Shown: positions 46,397-49,412 of the stretch, in pieces
How the letters are laid out: every line of letters starts with the position of its first letter
Numbering within the stretch: position 1 is the stretch's first letter
Source: Candidatus Gastranaerophilales bacterium
Lineage (GTDB): Bacteria > Cyanobacteriota > Vampirovibrionia > Gastranaerophilales > Gastranaerophilaceae
DNA: 49,412 nucleotides
NCBI GenBank assembly: GCA_024695865.1
Contig: JAILHI010000004.1
Location: 1-49,412 of the forward strand
Reading direction: 5' to 3'
The notes under the pieces: model-generated
Database searches by the model: none
The model's input: only the letters and a program-made list of their open reading frames with translations
What the model was told of the DNA's origin: nothing
Program-made: the position numbers and the translations under genes

Positions 46397-46468
46397 GCGC
46401 CCGTAGCTCAACGGATAGAGTACAACTCTCCGAAGGTTGTGATTTGAGTTCGATTCTCAACGGGCGTA
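46397..46468 (+). tRNA. tRNA-Arg (anticodon CCG)
   Basis: Cloverleaf folds by hand: acceptor GCGCCCG/CGGGCGT, D-arm GCTC/GAGT, anticodon stem CAACT/GGTTG with loop CUCCGAA (U33, CCG, A37), and T-arm TTGAG-TTCGATT-CTCAA. CCA is not encoded, and a T-run follows. Confidence 0.85.
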
Positions 46469-46490
46469 TTTTTTTGTTTTTTATGCTATA

Positions 46491-47117
46491 ATGTCAAAAA
46501 GGGATTTATTTATGGTTTTGGAAAACAAATTGGGAATAACAACAAGTGCCGAACTTGCCATTGCGGAAGAAAAAATAAGCAAAAAAAAGGCTTTGGAATT
46601 ATTTGAATTGAATTTGCTTGATGATATGGAAGCAGGTACTTTTGAAACTTTATCCAAAATTCATAAGTATTTATTTGATGAAATATATGCTTTTGCGGGC
46701 GAAATCCGCAGCGTCAATATTGCAAAAGGAAATTTTCGTTTTGCACCGTTAATGTATTTGAAACCTGCTTTAGAAAACATAGACAAAATGCCCCAAAAAA
46801 CCTTTGATGAAATAATTGCCAAATACGTTGAAATGAATATTGCCCACCCGTTCAGAGAGGGTAACGGCAGAAGTATGAGAATTTGGCTTGATTTAATTTT
46901 AAAAAAAGAGTTAAAACTTGTTGTAGATTGGTCAAATGTTGATAAAGAAGATTATTTGCTTGCAATGGAACGAAGTCCGATTAAAGATACCGAAATAAAA
47001 GTCTTGTTACAAAATGCTTTGACGGAAAAAATCAATGACAGAGATGTGTATATGAAAGGTATCGACGCAAGTTATAACTACGAGGGCTACAATACCTGCA
47101 AAACAAATGACTTGTGA
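46491..47117 (+). CDS. Fic-family protein (AMPylase-type), class III with C-terminal auto-inhibitory SxxxEG motif
   Basis: Fic active-site motif 'HPFREGNGRSMR' (HxFx(D/E)GNGRxxR). The C-terminal helix carries 'SYNYEG' = (S/T)xxxE(G/N) about 12 residues from the end, as in class III Fic proteins. Confidence 0.75.
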   Translation: MSKRDLFMVLENKLGITTSAELAIAEEKISKKKALELFELNLLDDMEAGTFETLSKIHKYLFDEIYAFAGEIRSVNIAKGNFRFAPLMYLKPALENIDKMPQKTFDEIIAKYVEMNIAHPFREGNGRSMRIWLDLILKKELKLVVDWSNVDKEDYLLAMERSPIKDTEIKVLLQNALTEKINDRDVYMKGIDASYNYEGYNTCKTNDL

Positions 47118-47160
47118 TGTATCATTCGATATTTTAAATTCATCGAGTCAAAAACTCAGT

Positions 47161-47814
47161 TTAATGTTTTAATATATTGTTTCTTAACAGATATAAATTT
47201 TTAATTTCTTCTGTTCTCTGATTAATAGACTCTTCAGGCAATGTTTCAATTAAATCAGAAAGTGATTTTAGTTTTTCGAATATTTCGGCTTCTGTTTCTT
47301 CAGAAGATAGAATAGGGCTTATTTTGACCGTTTCGATTAAATCCTTAATTTTTTCTTTTGAAGAGTCAAATTGAACCTTAAATAACAACTTTTCAAGTAT
47401 AAGTCTTGTGTTTTTGGAGTTAACGGAACCCTGTTTAAAATTTTGTACTTGTTCTTGTGTAATTTTATTAACATTGAGCGTTATAAATAATATGATTAAG
47501 AAAAAACCTGTTAAAACAGTTTGAATAATCGTATATGATTTGCCTGTCAAATTATAATAAGGTATAGCAAATGCCAAAAGAATTTCGAGAACCAAATATA
47601 CGGAAGAAAAAGCATATAAAGGTAAATCCGAAATTGTTTTATTAAGATGTTCTTTAGTATATGTGGGAGAAATGACCATAACGAAATAGGCAAAAAGAAT
47701 AAAACAGTATGAGAAAAGGTCAAGGGTTGTTAAATCTTCCCTCAATACAAAGAAAATAATACTTACTATAATTGCAAAAGTAAGGTGTATTAAATATTTG
47801 TATAAACTTGCCAT
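47161..47814 (-). CDS. membrane protein (4 predicted TM helices + C-terminal coiled-coil soluble region)
   Basis: Hydrophobic N-terminal half. Start chosen at the ATG at 47814 (MASLYKYL...), which has a GGAG SD and no overlap with the upstream gene. The ORF-track start at 47841 gives a 22-nt overlap. Confidence 0.5.
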   Translation of the reverse strand: MASLYKYLIHLTFAIIVSIIFFVLREDLTTLDLFSYCFILFAYFVMVISPTYTKEHLNKTISDLPLYAFSSVYLVLEILLAFAIPYYNLTGKSYTIIQTVLTGFFLIILFITLNVNKITQEQVQNFKQGSVNSKNTRLILEKLLFKVQFDSSKEKIKDLIETVKISPILSSEETEAEIFEKLKSLSDLIETLPEESINQRTEEIKNLYLLRNNILKH

Positions 47815-47819
47815 TTTGT

Positions 47820-48797
47820 TTACTCCTGTTTTGTTCCGCAATTACTACAGAATTTTGCATTTATATTGATTTCTGTACCACATTCATGACAGAATTTTGT
47901 TTCTTTAGGCGGTTTCATCATTTCTTTAGTCATTTCTGCCATTGTACTACCTGTCGATAAACCGACACCTAAGCCTGCACCAATTCCTGCAATACCTCCT
48001 TCGTTAGCAGCAGCAGTATGCAGAATTTCAGTTGCCTGCTGTTTGCTCCAGTTTGCACCCAAAATATCCATAACTTTTTTGTTTGCAAATGCTTCTTCAA
48101 GTTTCTGCCTGTTGGGATCGTCAGTCGGAATATCTATACCCGCAATAGAAAAGACAATAAGTTTTAAACCATAATTGTTCAGTATATTTTGCAATTCAGG
48201 TTTAATTTTCTCTGCTAAGGTGTTTTGTTCCGCACTTATACCTAAAACTTCTTTATTTAAAGCAATAATAGAGGATGTCAAACAAGATTTTATATGCTGC
48301 TGAAATTCATTTATAAAATATTTGTTAATGTTATTTTGCTCTAATAAATCAACATTATTGCCTAATAATTTTATGAGAAATTTTGCTCCGTCTTCAACCT
48401 GAATTTTATACGCACCTCTTGCCCGTACACTTGTCATAATACTAAGAACGGGGTCTCTTAATTGTATCGGAGAATCTGTTCCCCATTTTATTTCAAGAGA
48501 ATGGGCTTTTCTGACAAAATATACACTGCATGAAAAACTGCTTTTACCACCTGAAAAAGAATTTCTCAAATCGGTAATAAAAGGAAAATTGTCTGTTGTA
48601 AGATTATATGTTCCGTTTTCAAAAACTTTGATTATTTCACCGTTACGAATGAAAATTGCTTCTTCGGCAGGTTCAACGATAAGTGTTGAATTTGTGTTAA
48701 AGTTTTCTTCAGAATGTTTGCTTATCAGCAGATTTCCGTTATTTTCATTTTTTATTACACTTGTCCAGTTTTGTATATTTTTACTGAAAAAGCCCAT
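47820..48797 (-). CDS. SPFH/Band-7-family (Band_7_1/YdjI-like) protein with C-terminal zinc ribbon
   Basis: The N-terminus 'MGFFSKNIQNWTSVIKNEN...' and overall pattern resemble the Band_7_1 SPFH-like family. A Gly-rich linker is followed by the C-terminal 'CHECGTEININAKFCSNCG' CxxC-x10-CxxC ribbon. Confidence 0.65.
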   Translation of the reverse strand: MGFFSKNIQNWTSVIKNENNGNLLISKHSEENFNTNSTLIVEPAEEAIFIRNGEIIKVFENGTYNLTTDNFPFITDLRNSFSGGKSSFSCSVYFVRKAHSLEIKWGTDSPIQLRDPVLSIMTSVRARGAYKIQVEDGAKFLIKLLGNNVDLLEQNNINKYFINEFQQHIKSCLTSSIIALNKEVLGISAEQNTLAEKIKPELQNILNNYGLKLIVFSIAGIDIPTDDPNRQKLEEAFANKKVMDILGANWSKQQATEILHTAAANEGGIAGIGAGLGVGLSTGSTMAEMTKEMMKPPKETKFCHECGTEININAKFCSNCGTKQE

Positions 48798-48806
48798 TTC
48801 GCCTCC

Positions 48807-49412
48807 TTAATTCATTGCGTTTTTCTTTTCTCTCAATAATTGGCGCATTCCTTGTATTTTTTCTTCATCTTTTTTCTTTATAATCATTTCAAAAGCATTG
48901 CCGCCTGTTGTCATTAAAGTGAATTTTATTTTCGTTTTACTAATAGTTTTAGTATTATTCATTAGTGTTATTTCAACTTTTTTGCTTTCGGTTTTGAAAG
49001 CTACAACATCTTTATAGAAAAATTCACCCGAAGTAATATTTTCTTCATCAGATATAAGAGAAAATGTATATATATAATAAAACAGTTGATTTTCTGAAAA
49101 CAAAAGAACCAAGAAACTATAATTAGAAGTAAAATCATCTTTCATATTATATGCGTATTGATTAAAAATATTAGAGTATGCATCACCGTGCATTATTACA
49201 GGTTTAATTAATTTGCATTGTTCAATATCTATACCAAGAGCATTTGTTGCTTGGTTAATTATTCGTTTTCCAATTGAATTTTTGATTTCCTGCTTTACTT
49301 CAGATAAATTTTTAATGTTGCTAAAAAAATAAAATGACATAAAGCCTAATATTAATGTTGCTCCAAAAACAATAATTAAAAAAATAATGTCTGCTTTTGC
49401 GAGAAGTAAAAT
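48807..49412 (-). CDS. membrane-anchored hypothetical protein, 5'-truncated by the window edge
   Basis: The reading frame stays open upstream of the Met at 49340 through the window end. It translates as '...ILLLAKADIIFLIIVFGATLILGF-MSFYFF...', a TM helix, so the true start lies beyond 49412. The stop lies 10 nt before the SPFH gene start. Confidence 0.5.
   Translation of the reverse strand: MLLLAKADIIFLIIVFGATLILGFMSFYFFSNIKNLSEVKQEIKNSIGKRIINQATNALGIDIEQCKLIKPVIMHGDAYSNIFNQYAYNMKDDFTSNYSFLVLLFSENQLFYYIYTFSLISDEENITSGEFFYKDVVAFKTESKKVEITLMNNTKTISKTKIKFTLMTTGGNAFEMIIKKKDEEKIQGMRQLLREKKNAMN

Noticed and set aside
46018-46411. ORFs 46018-46206(-) and 46040-46411(-)
   Set aside because: They lie antisense across the RNase P RNA gene. 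They are artefacts of a structured, GC-richer RNA gene.

Overview
AT-rich (roughly 35-40% GC by eye) chromosomal segment from an anaerobic, apparently diderm bacterium (it encodes KdsB and LPS/glycan-type genes). I cannot assign a species from sequence alone. Most of the window is ordinary dense housekeeping DNA, punctuated by an unusually rich set of small mobile or repeat elements.

Housekeeping and metabolism:
- pth, nth, family-4 UDG, a DnaQ-like exonuclease, argS, accA/accD, prmA, kdsB, ilvE, mgtE, an SNF transporter, UXS and GT2.
- A trimeric NADH-linked [FeFe]-hydrogenase operon (hydC-hydB-hydA), of the type that includes electron-bifurcating enzymes.
- Two-component and c-di-GMP parts: a LuxR-type response regulator, a REC-PAS histidine kinase, a GAF-HD-GYP variant, a pseudo-receiver with a degenerate GGDEF domain, and a standalone MshEN-type c-di-GMP-binding protein.
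- An RNase P RNA gene lying 2 nt upstream of tRNA-Arg(CCG).

Repeat and mobile elements:
- A REP-associated tyrosine transposase (RAYT) flanked by a 30-bp palindromic REP. REP copies and one inverted REP doublet (REPIN) recur at about six other sites.
- A second family of TIR-bounded MITE-like elements (terminal motif CGTCATTGCGAG/CTCGCAATGACG, sometimes nested inside TTACCACAAAAAT/ATTTTTGTGGTAA). There are at least three large copies plus short derivatives.
- A third small hairpin family (TTCCGAAACAAGTTCGGAA).
- A 750-bp intergenic repeat hotspot at 42.2-43.0 kb. It contains 95-bp direct repeats, a REPIN, and a 143-bp tandem duplication of a gene's 3' end that flanks a solo REP.

Other notable content:
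- Two divergent calpain-like (clan CA, family C2/Tpr-like) cysteine-protease paralogs, each embedded in these repeat-rich contexts.
- A tRNA-adjacent, visibly more AT-rich terminal block carrying a class III Fic (C-terminal SxxxEG auto-inhibition motif) and an operon of an SPFH(Band_7_1)/zinc-ribbon protein with two membrane proteins. The last of these genes runs off the window.

I found no CRISPR array, restriction enzyme, integrase or phage structural genes. The most novel-looking material is the three co-resident repeat families and their association with the calpain-like loci. I cannot identify a complete, named 'system' with certainty from sequence alone.
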